Below, piece after piece: positions 29,669 to 38,180 of a stretch of 64,000 nucleotides of DNA. Below the pieces are notes generated by a model. It did no database searches, had not been told where the DNA came from, and saw only the letters and a program-made list of their open reading frames with translations. Positions within the stretch are counted from its first letter, which is position 1; every line of letters begins with the position of its first letter. The DNA comes from Saccharospirillum sp. (lineage in GTDB: Bacteria > Pseudomonadota > Gammaproteobacteria > Pseudomonadales > Natronospirillaceae): NCBI GenBank assembly GCA_018402545.1, contig JAGYIL010000004.1, positions 224,422 through 288,421 on the forward strand. The letters are read 5' to 3'. Made by a program: the position numbers and the translations under genes.

Positions 29669-30127
29669 ATGACCCAGCAGCGTCCTAACATGGCAGCCCG
29701 CCGCAAGGCCCGCCGTCTGGCCATGCAGGCTTTGTATCAGTGGCATTTGTCGTCGTCACCGGTCAATCAGATTGAGGCCGAGTTCATCACCGATCACGAT
29801 ATGGCCAAGGTCGATCAGGAATACTTCAGCGAAGTGCTGCGCGGCGTGCCCAGCACGCTGACGGAACTCGATGGCTACATTGAGTCCGTTACTGATCGCT
29901 CGGTCCGTGAGATGACTCCGGTCGAGCTGTCGATTCTGCGCATGGGTGCCTACGAGCTGGTGCACCGCATCGATGTTCCCTTCAAGGTCATCATCAACGA
30001 AGGCGTTGAATTGTCGAAGCTCTTCGGTGCCAGTGAAGGACACCGCTACGTCAATGGCGTGCTGGACAAACTGTCGCAGCGACTTCGGGCGACCGAAGTA
30101 ACCGCTTCGCGGGCTCCCCGGGGCTGA
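29669..30127 (+). CDS. nusB: transcription antitermination factor NusB
   Basis: 152-aa ORF. ARRKARRLAMQALYQW... and position after ribH. Confidence 0.95.
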   Translation: MTQQRPNMAARRKARRLAMQALYQWHLSSSPVNQIEAEFITDHDMAKVDQEYFSEVLRGVPSTLTELDGYIESVTDRSVREMTPVELSILRMGAYELVHRIDVPFKVIINEGVELSKLFGASEGHRYVNGVLDKLSQRLRATEVTASRAPRG

Positions 30128-30181
30128 GTGCCCGGTTGCCGTTGCGGACCAATGTCACCCGGCCAACCCAAACGGCAAGCC

Positions 30182-30211
30182 AAAAAAAACCGCCAGTTGG
30201 CGGTTTTTTTT
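30182..30211. terminator. bidirectional rho-independent terminator between nusB and the convergent lipoprotein gene
   Basis: A8-accgcc-agtt-ggcggt-T8. Confidence 0.85.
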
Positions 30212-30228
30212 GGCTAACGCTTTTACTC

Positions 30229-32025
30229 TCAGGACTGGGCGTCAGACAGATCCATTTGTACTTCGACGCGAATCTGGCCGCTTTCCGAGCCGCTGTAGCC
30301 GCGCACGTCCAGGGTGTAGGTACCTGCTGGCAGATACTCTTCCAGGCGTGAGTTGGTGCCGTCGCCACCATCATCGTTTTCCAGTGACAGGCCTGGTCCA
30401 ACCAGCGAGATCAGGGTGTCAACGGCTGATGATGAGGCATCGATGGTCACTGTACGCGCTGCGTCCAGCCTGATGGTGTAGGTCAGGCTGCCGCCCGCCT
30501 CCAGGTTGCCATAGACGATGTCTCCGGCTCTCAGGTCACCGCTGTTCATCATCTCGCCCTCGATGGCATTGCTGTCGACGGTCAGGTCATACAGGCCATT
30601 GCCGGAATAGGCGCCGACGGTGAGTGTGTAGGTGCCTGGTTGCAGGAGGGTGGTGATCAGCGAGTTGGTGCCGCCGCCGCCATCGTCATCGCGGAAATCC
30701 ACACCATTGCCTGTCAGCTCCAGGGTGGTGTCGAAGCTGGAAGAATTCAGCGCGATGCTGACTTCCGATGGCTCGTCGATGGTCAGGGAATAGTTGTTGT
30801 CGTTGTTAGCGTACATGCCAAGCAGGCTGCTGTTCGGGGCAATCATGCCACTATTGCGCAGGTCGCCTTCGAACGGAGTGACCTGAGTGTTCAGGGTGTA
30901 GATGCCGTCGACCGGGTAGCTGCCATAGCTCAGTGCGGTCACGCTGTAGCTGCCCGGCATCAGGATGGACGACAGCTGTGAATCGGTGCCGCTACCATAG
31001 TCATCGTTATCAAGCTGAACATCGTCACCGGTGATCGACAACATGGTGTCGAAATCCTCGGAAGCGAGGCTGACGACGACTTCTGACGGGTGCTCCAGTT
31101 CAAGGGTGTAACGATTACCTTCGGCCGACAGCATCAGGCCAGTCAGCGTCTCACCGGCTTCCAGCAGGCCGCCGTTGCGAATGCCTTCCGGCAGTGTCGT
31201 GCTGGCGGTGTCCAGCTGGTAGAACTGGCCTTCATCGACCAGGGCATCGGCGCACAGGGGCGATTCGACGTCGTAGTAGTCATATTCACTGTAGGTTTCA
31301 AATTCAGACGTCGGCCGCCGGCCGGGCTGCAGAACCAGTTCGTATTCACCGGGTTCAAGATAGGCATCGAGTGTCAGGGTGCTGTCGCCGCAGGCGGTGG
31401 CTTCTGTGTTGACGGCCGGTCCGGTCAATTGCATGCCCAGTGAGCGACTTGCATCGTTCAGGGTGAAACTGATCTGGGTGGGCGAGTCGATGCTCAGCGG
31501 GTAGCGAGTCGGGCTGTTGTCTGATGCCAGGGAGCCGACCAGTGACTGGTCTGCACTCAGTGTATCGCTGCGTCCGGCTATGGGCTGGTCGATCAAACGA
31601 TAGGGGCCATAGGCTTCGTCGCTGACGCCGTTGACGACCAGCAGCGAGCACTGGCCCGCGTCCGGCCCCATCAGAATGTTGACGGATTCGCTGGTTGCCG
31701 GATCGACGCTGGCCTGGTCAATCAACCAGCCTTGTTCGTTAAACAGGGTCAATTCGGCCGCAAAGGGTGCCTGGAAGCGATAGAAAGCCCGGGGCTCGGC
31801 ATCGGTGGCGCAGAACCAGTGTGCCGAGTAGCGAGCGCCATTGTTCAGGTTGGCGGGGCTGGCGGTATTCAGTTCTGATTGCAGGCCTTCGCCGCTGACC
31901 AGTTCAGGGGCATCGACAAAACGGTCGGAACCGGTGGTCGCACAACCACTGGCCACTGCCAGGGCGGTGAGGGCGGGCAGCCAGCGGGCCGTGCCGGGGG
32001 AAAATCGAGGTGCAGAATGAGTCAC
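30229..32025 (-). CDS. lipoprotein with 4-5 tandem pre-peptidase C-terminal (PPC)-like domains
   Basis: GTG 32025, 8 nt after ggag. Lipobox VASGC. Three clear ~100-aa C-terminal repeats (...Y[TS]L.[LI]..PSEV...L.S..FDT.L...G..V...[ND]DD.G.GT.S.L...L.PG.Y[TS]...) plus more degenerate N-terminal copies. Confidence 0.7.
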   Translation of the reverse strand: MTHSAPRFSPGTARWLPALTALAVASGCATTGSDRFVDAPELVSGEGLQSELNTASPANLNNGARYSAHWFCATDAEPRAFYRFQAPFAAELTLFNEQGWLIDQASVDPATSESVNILMGPDAGQCSLLVVNGVSDEAYGPYRLIDQPIAGRSDTLSADQSLVGSLASDNSPTRYPLSIDSPTQISFTLNDASRSLGMQLTGPAVNTEATACGDSTLTLDAYLEPGEYELVLQPGRRPTSEFETYSEYDYYDVESPLCADALVDEGQFYQLDTASTTLPEGIRNGGLLEAGETLTGLMLSAEGNRYTLELEHPSEVVVSLASEDFDTMLSITGDDVQLDNDDYGSGTDSQLSSILMPGSYSVTALSYGSYPVDGIYTLNTQVTPFEGDLRNSGMIAPNSSLLGMYANNDNNYSLTIDEPSEVSIALNSSSFDTTLELTGNGVDFRDDDGGGGTNSLITTLLQPGTYTLTVGAYSGNGLYDLTVDSNAIEGEMMNSGDLRAGDIVYGNLEAGGSLTYTIRLDAARTVTIDASSSAVDTLISLVGPGLSLENDDGGDGTNSRLEEYLPAGTYTLDVRGYSGSESGQIRVEVQMDLSDAQS

Positions 32026-32289
32026 TATTACGTCTCCATACGTTACTTGAAAACCTGCCTGTTCAGTCGGCACTCCGGTCAGGCCAGCCGCCGGGTAAGG
32101 AGTTCGTCTGACTTCCTGGTCACACGCTCAAACCGGACAACCCAATGCAGTCGGAGCACCACCGGGCAAGAATCGGCACTATAGGGCGCTTTTAAAGTCG
32201 GGTCCAGTCGCCCTGGCCCGGTTCGATCAGTGGTTCTCATTTTTTGGAATTCGATTCAGTGGCTATGGCCCGCGTCAGCACCCGGTGGA

Positions 32290-32431
32290 ACCTCTCGGGT
32301 GGTGCGACACTCGATCGGCGTGAATCCGTCCGTGGCGGTCCGACGTTTCGGGCCTAGGCCGCAACATCCATGTTGCGGACTCCCCCGCAGAGGCGCCACT
32401 GGGAGCCGACGCTCGAATCGTGCGAACCTGA
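32290..32431 (-). repeat. decayed copy of the intergenic repeat (copy E)
   Basis: Core ggcgtgaatccgtccgtgg...gcctaggccgcaacatccatgttgcggact is recognisable. The inner hairpin is kept by a compensatory change (gcaaca/tgttgc). The outer stem is largely eroded. Confidence 0.45.
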
Positions 32432-32437
32432 AGTATC

Positions 32438-33409
32438 TTATTCCTGCAACAGAGCCCATTGCTCGCGCAAGGCGAGCAGGTGGTCGCTCCAGAAACGCTG
32501 GCTGTCGAACCAGGAGAAGGCGCGCGGGAAGGCCGGGTCGTCCCAGCGCTGGGCAATCCAGAGGGTGTGGCGGATCATGTGCACGGTACGCAGGGGCTCT
32601 AGCAGCGACAGCTCCTTGCGCGGAAAGGCCCGGAACTGTTCGTAACCTTCTTCCAGTTCATTGATCTGCCGTGCCTGTTCCTGCTTGTCACCCGACAGCA
32701 GCTTCCAGATATCCTGGGCCGCGGGGCCCATGACTGTGTCGTCGAGGTCGACTATTAGTAGCTGGTCGTCGCGGCTGAGGATATTGCCGGCGTGAAAGTC
32801 ACCGTGAATACGAATCGAGGCAGCCTCTCGAAACAGCGGTTCGAAGCGGCGCTGAATCAGCTCGGCGATGGGGGCCAGGGTGGCAAGATAGTTGGCGCGC
32901 AGGTCATCGGGCAGCAGCGGGCTGTCGGCAAAGAAGCGTTGCGCCTGAAGGATGGGCTCGGTCAGTGACAGGCTGGGCCGATGCTTGAATACCGCCGTCT
33001 CGCCAACATTGTGCAGCCGGGCCAGGTGCTGGCCTATGCGGTACATCTGGTCCGGGTTGTCCAGTTCAAAGGCATGGCCGGCGCGCATTTCGAAACAGGC
33101 AAACCAGAAACCATCGCGCAGGTGAACGATGTCGTCGCCCAGTTTCATCGCCGGCACCACCGGTATTTCAGCCTCGAACAATTGTTCGGTAAAGGTCAGC
33201 TCCTCGCGAATTTGCGCTTCGCTCCAGCGTCCTGGCCGGTACGCTTTCAATACGACCGGTTTGGCATCTTCAATGCCCACCCGGTAGACCCGGTTTTCGT
33301 AGCTGTTGAGTGGGTAGATGCGGTAATCGGACAGGGTTCCGAGCGATTCCAGCCAGTCGATGATGCGGTCCTGGCTGAGGGTGTCGAAGGGGTGTGCAGA
33401 GGTAGACAT
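32438..33409 (-). CDS. srkA: stress-response serine/threonine kinase SrkA (YihE/RdoA family)
   Basis: 323-aa ORF. LNSYENRVYRV, IHGDFHAGNIL and DLDD motifs of the APH-like kinase fold. Confidence 0.85.
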   Translation of the reverse strand: MSTSAHPFDTLSQDRIIDWLESLGTLSDYRIYPLNSYENRVYRVGIEDAKPVVLKAYRPGRWSEAQIREELTFTEQLFEAEIPVVPAMKLGDDIVHLRDGFWFACFEMRAGHAFELDNPDQMYRIGQHLARLHNVGETAVFKHRPSLSLTEPILQAQRFFADSPLLPDDLRANYLATLAPIAELIQRRFEPLFREAASIRIHGDFHAGNILSRDDQLLIVDLDDTVMGPAAQDIWKLLSGDKQEQARQINELEEGYEQFRAFPRKELSLLEPLRTVHMIRHTLWIAQRWDDPAFPRAFSWFDSQRFWSDHLLALREQWALLQE

Positions 33410-33497
33410 GATGAACCCAGACTGAAAAGAGCGCCCATTGTAGAGTATTTGCAGCGCCTGTCATTGTTCCTTTGGGCAGCGGACCACTGGCGTTCGG

Positions 33498-34220
33498 TTA
33501 TTGGTTTCCCAATGGTGTCCGGGCGAGCGCCCACAGTTCGACATGCATGACCCCGGCCCGATGCAGGGTGCGGGTCAGCTCGGCGGCCGTGGCTCCGGTG
33601 GTCAGTACATCGTCGACAATGGCGACCCGTTTTGGGGGTGGCTTCAGAACACGGAAGGCATCTCTGAGTGTCTGGCGGCGTTGAATTCGGTTGAGGCCTT
33701 CAAGGGGTGGGGTTGGGCGTTGCTTGACCAGGCTGGTCCAGACCGGCAGGCCAGCCTGTCTGGCCCAATAGTCAGCCAGCCATTCTGCCTGGTTGAAACC
33801 TCGCTTGCGGGCCTTGGCCCGATGCAGGGGAACCGGCACCAGGGCGTCTACCCCTGGGTCATGCATACCCTGATGCAACCACCACTGGTGCGCGAGAGCC
33901 CGGGCGCTGGCCAGATCCCGGTGGTACTTCATGCGATGAATCAGGAAACGGGTTGCCCCTTCCAGAACCCAGCCGACCGTCGCCGACTGCCATTGCGGTG
34001 GTCGTTGCTGGCATCGACCGCACAGTGTGCTCAGGGTGTTGGGGGCGGCGCAGCCCGGGCAAGGGTCGGGCAATGGCTGTAGCCAGCCGGCACACACATC
34101 GCAGAGATGGCTTTGGGCTGAGTTCTGCTCGCACATCGGGCACAGGCTGCTCATCACCTGGTCCAGTAAGGGGGTAACGACTGCTTTGAAAGACCGCTGT
34201 TTGAAATGAATCCCTGTCAT
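33498..34220 (-). CDS. comF: ComF family protein (phosphoribosyltransferase domain)
   Basis: N-terminal double CxxC zinc finger (CPMCEQ...CDVC; CPGC...CGRC) and C-terminal PRT motif VAIVDDVLTTGAT. Exact start is uncertain. Confidence 0.8.
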   Translation of the reverse strand: MTGIHFKQRSFKAVVTPLLDQVMSSLCPMCEQNSAQSHLCDVCAGWLQPLPDPCPGCAAPNTLSTLCGRCQQRPPQWQSATVGWVLEGATRFLIHRMKYHRDLASARALAHQWWLHQGMHDPGVDALVPVPLHRAKARKRGFNQAEWLADYWARQAGLPVWTSLVKQRPTPPLEGLNRIQRRQTLRDAFRVLKPPPKRVAIVDDVLTTGATAAELTRTLHRAGVMHVELWALARTPLGNQ

Positions 34221-34459
34221 TCCGGGGTGCTCCCTGACCTCCGGTGGCTGTTTCCGCCCGCAAAATGGGGCGGAGCTTCAAAGGTGTCGGCCACCTGCAG
34301 GCAATTGTGAACAGTTTTTACAAAATGTTACAGCTTGGTGAGGTGGGTTGGTTAAAATGTAACCATGTTATCCGTTTAAATGACCGTATCTGTATCCCGC
34401 ATCAGGGCCACGGAACGGAAGTCAGTTCGCCCCGGTCAGGGCGGACTAGTGGAGGTGGA

Positions 34460-34696
34460 ATGATCAGCTCAGTCATGAACGCAGGCGTTGCCGGCATTCA
34501 GGGAGGTCTGTACTCGCTGAACCGCAGTGGTCAGCAGATTGCCCAGGCAAATGTGCCCCCGAGTGAAGGCGGGCCAGAGTCGATTGTGGAACCTCTGGTT
34601 AATCAGATTCAGGCTAAAAATCAGGTCCAGGCCAGTGCGCGTGTCGTTGAAGCGGGCTCTGAAACCCTGGGCACCCTGATTGATATCCGGGTCTAG
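34460..34696 (+). CDS. 78-aa protein resembling only the N- and C-terminal segments of flagellar rod proteins
   Basis: ATG 34460 directly after ggaggtgg. N-terminus MISSVMNAGVAGIQGGL...QQIAQANV compares with FlgG MISSLWIAKTGLDAQQ...NNLANVST. C-terminus IVEPLVNQIQAKNQVQASARVVEAGSETLGTLIDI compares with FlgG [35 protein letters not shown]. No central domain. Confidence 0.55.
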   Translation: MISSVMNAGVAGIQGGLYSLNRSGQQIAQANVPPSEGGPESIVEPLVNQIQAKNQVQASARVVEAGSETLGTLIDIRV

Positions 34697-34714
34697 CGGA
34701 GCGAAGCGATAACG

Positions 34715-35665
34715 ATGTCTACTGTCAGCGGTCTTTATCCCAATGCCATTACCCCGACGGTCAGTCCGTTCGGGGATGTGGCCCAGCGCGCGCAACAGCG
34801 CCGGGATAACGACGCGGCGGTGTTTGCCCCGGTTGAGGAAACCGAAACAACGGCACCGGGCCAGAATCGTTCGGACCGGCGCGATACCCAGCCCCAGCCC
34901 GGCCAGAGCGCGCCATCCAATGGGTCCGCTTCTGCCAATACAGCCCCGTCTTCCCCGTCTGAAGGCGAAGCCCAGCCATCCAGTGAAACCACGCCGGCCG
35001 ACGACACCAGTGCCTTTGCACGCCAGCGTGACGAAGGCCGGGCGGCACGGCAACAGGCCGAACAACGCCAGCTGGATCAGGATCTGGAAACCATCCGCGA
35101 GCTGGCGGCACGCGACCGTGAGGTTCGGGCGCACGAGCAGGCGCACCAGGCCGTTGGTGGTCAGTATGCCGGTGGCATGTCCCTGACCTTCGAGCGCGGG
35201 CCGGATGGCAAACGTTATGCAGTGGCCGGTGAAGTGCCGATTGATATCAGTCCGGTGCCTGGCAATCCGGAGGCCACTATGGCCAAGGCCGAGCAGGTTC
35301 GCCGGGCCGCACTGGCGCCGGCTGAACCCTCAGCGCAGGATCGGTCCGTCGCCGCCGCCGCCATGCAGTTGAAAATGGAAGCCCAGATTGAAGTGCGCCA
35401 GGAACGCCGCGAAGACCTGGCACCGCAAGAAGCCGAAGCCGAGGGCGATGCCGTTTCTGAAAGCAATGACAGCACGCCGGCCATTTCAGGTGCTGAGCGG
35501 TCCGGTTCGGACGCGAATGACGATGAAGACACCTCTGAGCGCGAGGCCGACGCTACGCGCGCTGGTGTCGATCTGGCGGCGGTAACCCGCAGCTTGCTCG
35601 ATGCGCAATATCAGGCTCAGTCCCGGGCCGACACTCTGGGTCGCCAGCTCGACTTCATGGTGTAG
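34715..35665 (+). CDS. SprA-related (putative metalloprotease, HExxH) family protein
   Basis: 316-aa ORF. Low-complexity acidic/Pro-rich flanks around the conserved block LAARDREVRAHEQAHQAVGGQYAGGMSLTFERGPDGKRYAVAGEVPID. Confidence 0.7.
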   Translation: MSTVSGLYPNAITPTVSPFGDVAQRAQQRRDNDAAVFAPVEETETTAPGQNRSDRRDTQPQPGQSAPSNGSASANTAPSSPSEGEAQPSSETTPADDTSAFARQRDEGRAARQQAEQRQLDQDLETIRELAARDREVRAHEQAHQAVGGQYAGGMSLTFERGPDGKRYAVAGEVPIDISPVPGNPEATMAKAEQVRRAALAPAEPSAQDRSVAAAAMQLKMEAQIEVRQERREDLAPQEAEAEGDAVSESNDSTPAISGAERSGSDANDDEDTSEREADATRAGVDLAAVTRSLLDAQYQAQSRADTLGRQLDFMV

Positions 35666-35692
35666 TTGCCGGGGCGGGTACTGCTGGCCCGG

Positions 35693-36448
35693 TCAGAACT
35701 TCTTAAGATTGGGTCCGCGCCGCATTTCCGCGAAAATACTCAGTTCCCAGGGGCGCATGGCCAATACCATGCCAGTGCCGAAGGTATCCTCCAGCGGCAG
35801 TTTGCCGTCTTCCTTGCTCAGTTCGTCAAATTCCCGGGCCAGCCGGCGAATGCTGTTTTGCAGATGCATGTTCGACTGACGCGACAACATACCCGCAACA
35901 AACACCAGCAACTCCCCGGCTTTGGGATCGAACTTGCAGTTGAAGAAGTCGCGCGCCACATTCTGTTCGAAAAAGCGGTAAACCGGGCCGTTGTGGATCC
36001 AGCGGAAATCGCGTGACAGCTTGGTTTTTACCCGGTTGCCGGGCAGCAGTTCGATGATGCCGAGCCGGTCGAGCCGGGCCAGCAGGCGGGTTGCTTCGAA
36101 TTCGTCGATCACATAGGTTGAGATAATGTCTTCGTATTCCCAGCGGTTGACCAGTAACTGCGCCACCAGCAACAGCTTGGGGTCGGATACCAGCTCCCGT
36201 TCGTCCTCTTCGCTGAGTTCATCCAGCACCATGGTGCCTTCATGCATGCGCGCCATCAGGTAGCCGAGATCGGCACCGGCCATGTCGCAGATCTCTTCCA
36301 GGCGGTTCAGCGTAAAGTGGCGCTTGGAGAACATTCGTTTAACGTTGGCCTCACTGAGATTGAGTTTCTCGGCAACTTCGGCGTAGGTGATTTTTCGCTC
36401 ACGCAGCAGTTTCTTAAGGGTGTCGACGAGTTGTACAGTCTGAGACAT
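35693..36448 (-). CDS. XRE-family helix-turn-helix transcriptional regulator
   Basis: Start at MSQTVQ (36448). HTH is LRERKITYAEVAEKLNLSEANVKRMF. C-terminal domain of ~180 aa not identified. Confidence 0.7.
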   Translation of the reverse strand: MSQTVQLVDTLKKLLRERKITYAEVAEKLNLSEANVKRMFSKRHFTLNRLEEICDMAGADLGYLMARMHEGTMVLDELSEEDERELVSDPKLLLVAQLLVNRWEYEDIISTYVIDEFEATRLLARLDRLGIIELLPGNRVKTKLSRDFRWIHNGPVYRFFEQNVARDFFNCKFDPKAGELLVFVAGMLSRQSNMHLQNSIRRLAREFDELSKEDGKLPLEDTFGTGMVLAMRPWELSIFAEMRRGPNLKKF

Positions 36449-36653
36449 GACGTCCTTGGTGAAGGTAGCGCAATATGCTACCAATGGTCGCACATCTTTC
36501 AACTTCATGTACAGCGCTTGTGGTTACCCTGAACACGCCTACTATCTCTTGCACCGACACGGCGGCTTGCAACCATCAAGCAAGCCCCTTTTTCAGGCCG
36601 CACAACCGGACAGTGCTGTTTGTGAGCGACCGGCAGGTCTTACGGAGTGAACC

Positions 36654-37646
36654 ATGCTGAATCTAAGAATAATGACAGGGCTGGGGCGGCTGATCAGTCG
36701 TGCCTTATTGGGCCCGGTGCATGTGCATGGCAGTGACCCGAGAACAACCGATGTCGATGTGATACTGATGCCGCGCAGTCTGAGCCCCGCCGACGGCTGG
36801 TTGTTCTGGTCTCGCCTGAAACGTCCGCCGCTGTTTGTGGAGAATGGCCAGACTTCTAACGGCTGGGGTCGCTGGTGGCGGGGAAGTGGACGCAACCCGC
36901 GAACCGGCGGAGGCATTATGGAAGAGCGTCTTGCTGCGTTTTTAAATGCGGGTCGCTGTCTGGTGATCTCCATTAATGGCGAATCGCCCGAAGAAATAGA
37001 CTACACCCAGCGACTGCTGCGTGGTTTGCACGATCATCACCGCCATTTGCGGGTGCAGGTGCTGACCTTCAATTACGATTTCCGCCACACCCTGGGCAGC
37101 CCGATTCACTGGATCTGGCGTCCCGGTGCCATTGATATGGTGGTTGAACCGCTGCATATCCTGAAAGAGTTACAACGCTTGCAGAAGCTGGCCTGGTCGA
37201 TCAAGGGTTACCAGACGCTGCCGCAATGGCCGCTGATATCCCAGTCTGGCCGGGTGCCGTCCAGCCTGTTGTTGTCCTGGCACGAGGTTCGGGCGCAGCG
37301 TCGCTGGCGCTGGCCGAAACCGGTCGCCTGGCTCTGGTTACCCGGAGCGCTGATCTCGGCCCTGTTCAATGCTGTGCCATTGCTGGTTGCCTATGGCGTC
37401 AGTCACAGCGCCCAGCAATGGCGAATCGAGCGACAGATTGCCTGGCTGGGGCCGCTGTATCTGATCAATCATGCCGTGATCTGGGTGTCACTGGCGATAT
37501 TTTTAGGGCCCTGGGCCTGGTTGTATGGCATCGTAATTGCCATGGGGCTACAACCACTGGGGCGCCTGGCCGATGCCATTCTGCAACAGGATGAGCTCGG
37601 CGGATCACGCTCGGTAAGGGAACGCATGGTGAACTATTTCGATTAG
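36654..37646 (+). CDS. hypothetical membrane protein with a degenerate acyltransferase-like N-terminal region
   Basis: 330-aa ORF. C-terminal TM helices. The N-terminus follows the PlsC-type layout, but the HxxxxD block reads PRSLSPAD and the FPEG block reads SINGES. Weak inference. Confidence 0.4.
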   Translation: MLNLRIMTGLGRLISRALLGPVHVHGSDPRTTDVDVILMPRSLSPADGWLFWSRLKRPPLFVENGQTSNGWGRWWRGSGRNPRTGGGIMEERLAAFLNAGRCLVISINGESPEEIDYTQRLLRGLHDHHRHLRVQVLTFNYDFRHTLGSPIHWIWRPGAIDMVVEPLHILKELQRLQKLAWSIKGYQTLPQWPLISQSGRVPSSLLLSWHEVRAQRRWRWPKPVAWLWLPGALISALFNAVPLLVAYGVSHSAQQWRIERQIAWLGPLYLINHAVIWVSLAIFLGPWAWLYGIVIAMGLQPLGRLADAILQQDELGGSRSVRERMVNYFD

Positions 37647-37649
37647 TCG

Positions 37650-37818
37650 GTTGCCTGAGAGGCATTGGCCCACGCCGGGCGCCGGGTGTACCCCTGTGGG
37701 GTCGGCGTAGATACATCCATGTAGCCTAGACCGCAGCATCCTTGCTGCGGACTACCCCACAGGGGTACACCCGGCACCCGGCGCTAGTCTGCTGGGGTGA
37801 ACTCCGAAACTTGAGATC
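37650..37818 (-). repeat. structured intergenic repeat, copy F (right outer terminus present, left eroded)
   Basis: 30-bp stem 37672-37701 / 37755-37784 around the core. Right terminus is gaactccgaaacttgagatc. Confidence 0.75.
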
Positions 37819-38018
37819 CTGAGGCTGACAGCCTCCTGGATTATCGTCCGGGCGGTCAATTGCCTGGACACTACCCGTGCATGTTCGGTAAAATCCCCGA
37901 AATTTGGGCGCGGCACCCAGATGGTTTTATACACGGCGTTTGCGAACACCGATCGTTTATTGAATCAGCACAGCGGTTAACCAATCCGGAAAAACGACAG
38001 CGCAGAAGTGAATGATGG

Positions 38019-38050
38019 GCGAGATGGGGGTTTCTTCATCTCGCTTTTTT
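38019..38050 (+). terminator. rho-independent terminator-like hairpin in the carA leader (candidate attenuator)
   Basis: gcgagatg-(10 nt)-catctcgc followed by TTTTTT, ~130 nt upstream of the carA start. No CDS ends nearby on this strand. Confidence 0.55.
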
Positions 38051-38180
38051 GCGAAAGGGGTTGGTGGAACTGTCTGACTGGTCAGTTTTAGCGGTCAGCG
38101 TCCGTAACCGTCCATGTCGCGCCTTGCCAATGACTTTCGGGTCATTGCCCACTCGCACTGCAAGATAGAGGAACGGATCT

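Noticed and set aside
34244-34459. The longer 150-aa version of the rod-like small ORF.
   Set aside because: The upstream 72 codons have no RBS and cover the comF divergent promoter region. A strong ggaggtgg RBS precedes the ATG at 34460, and the FlgG-like MISS N-terminus begins there.
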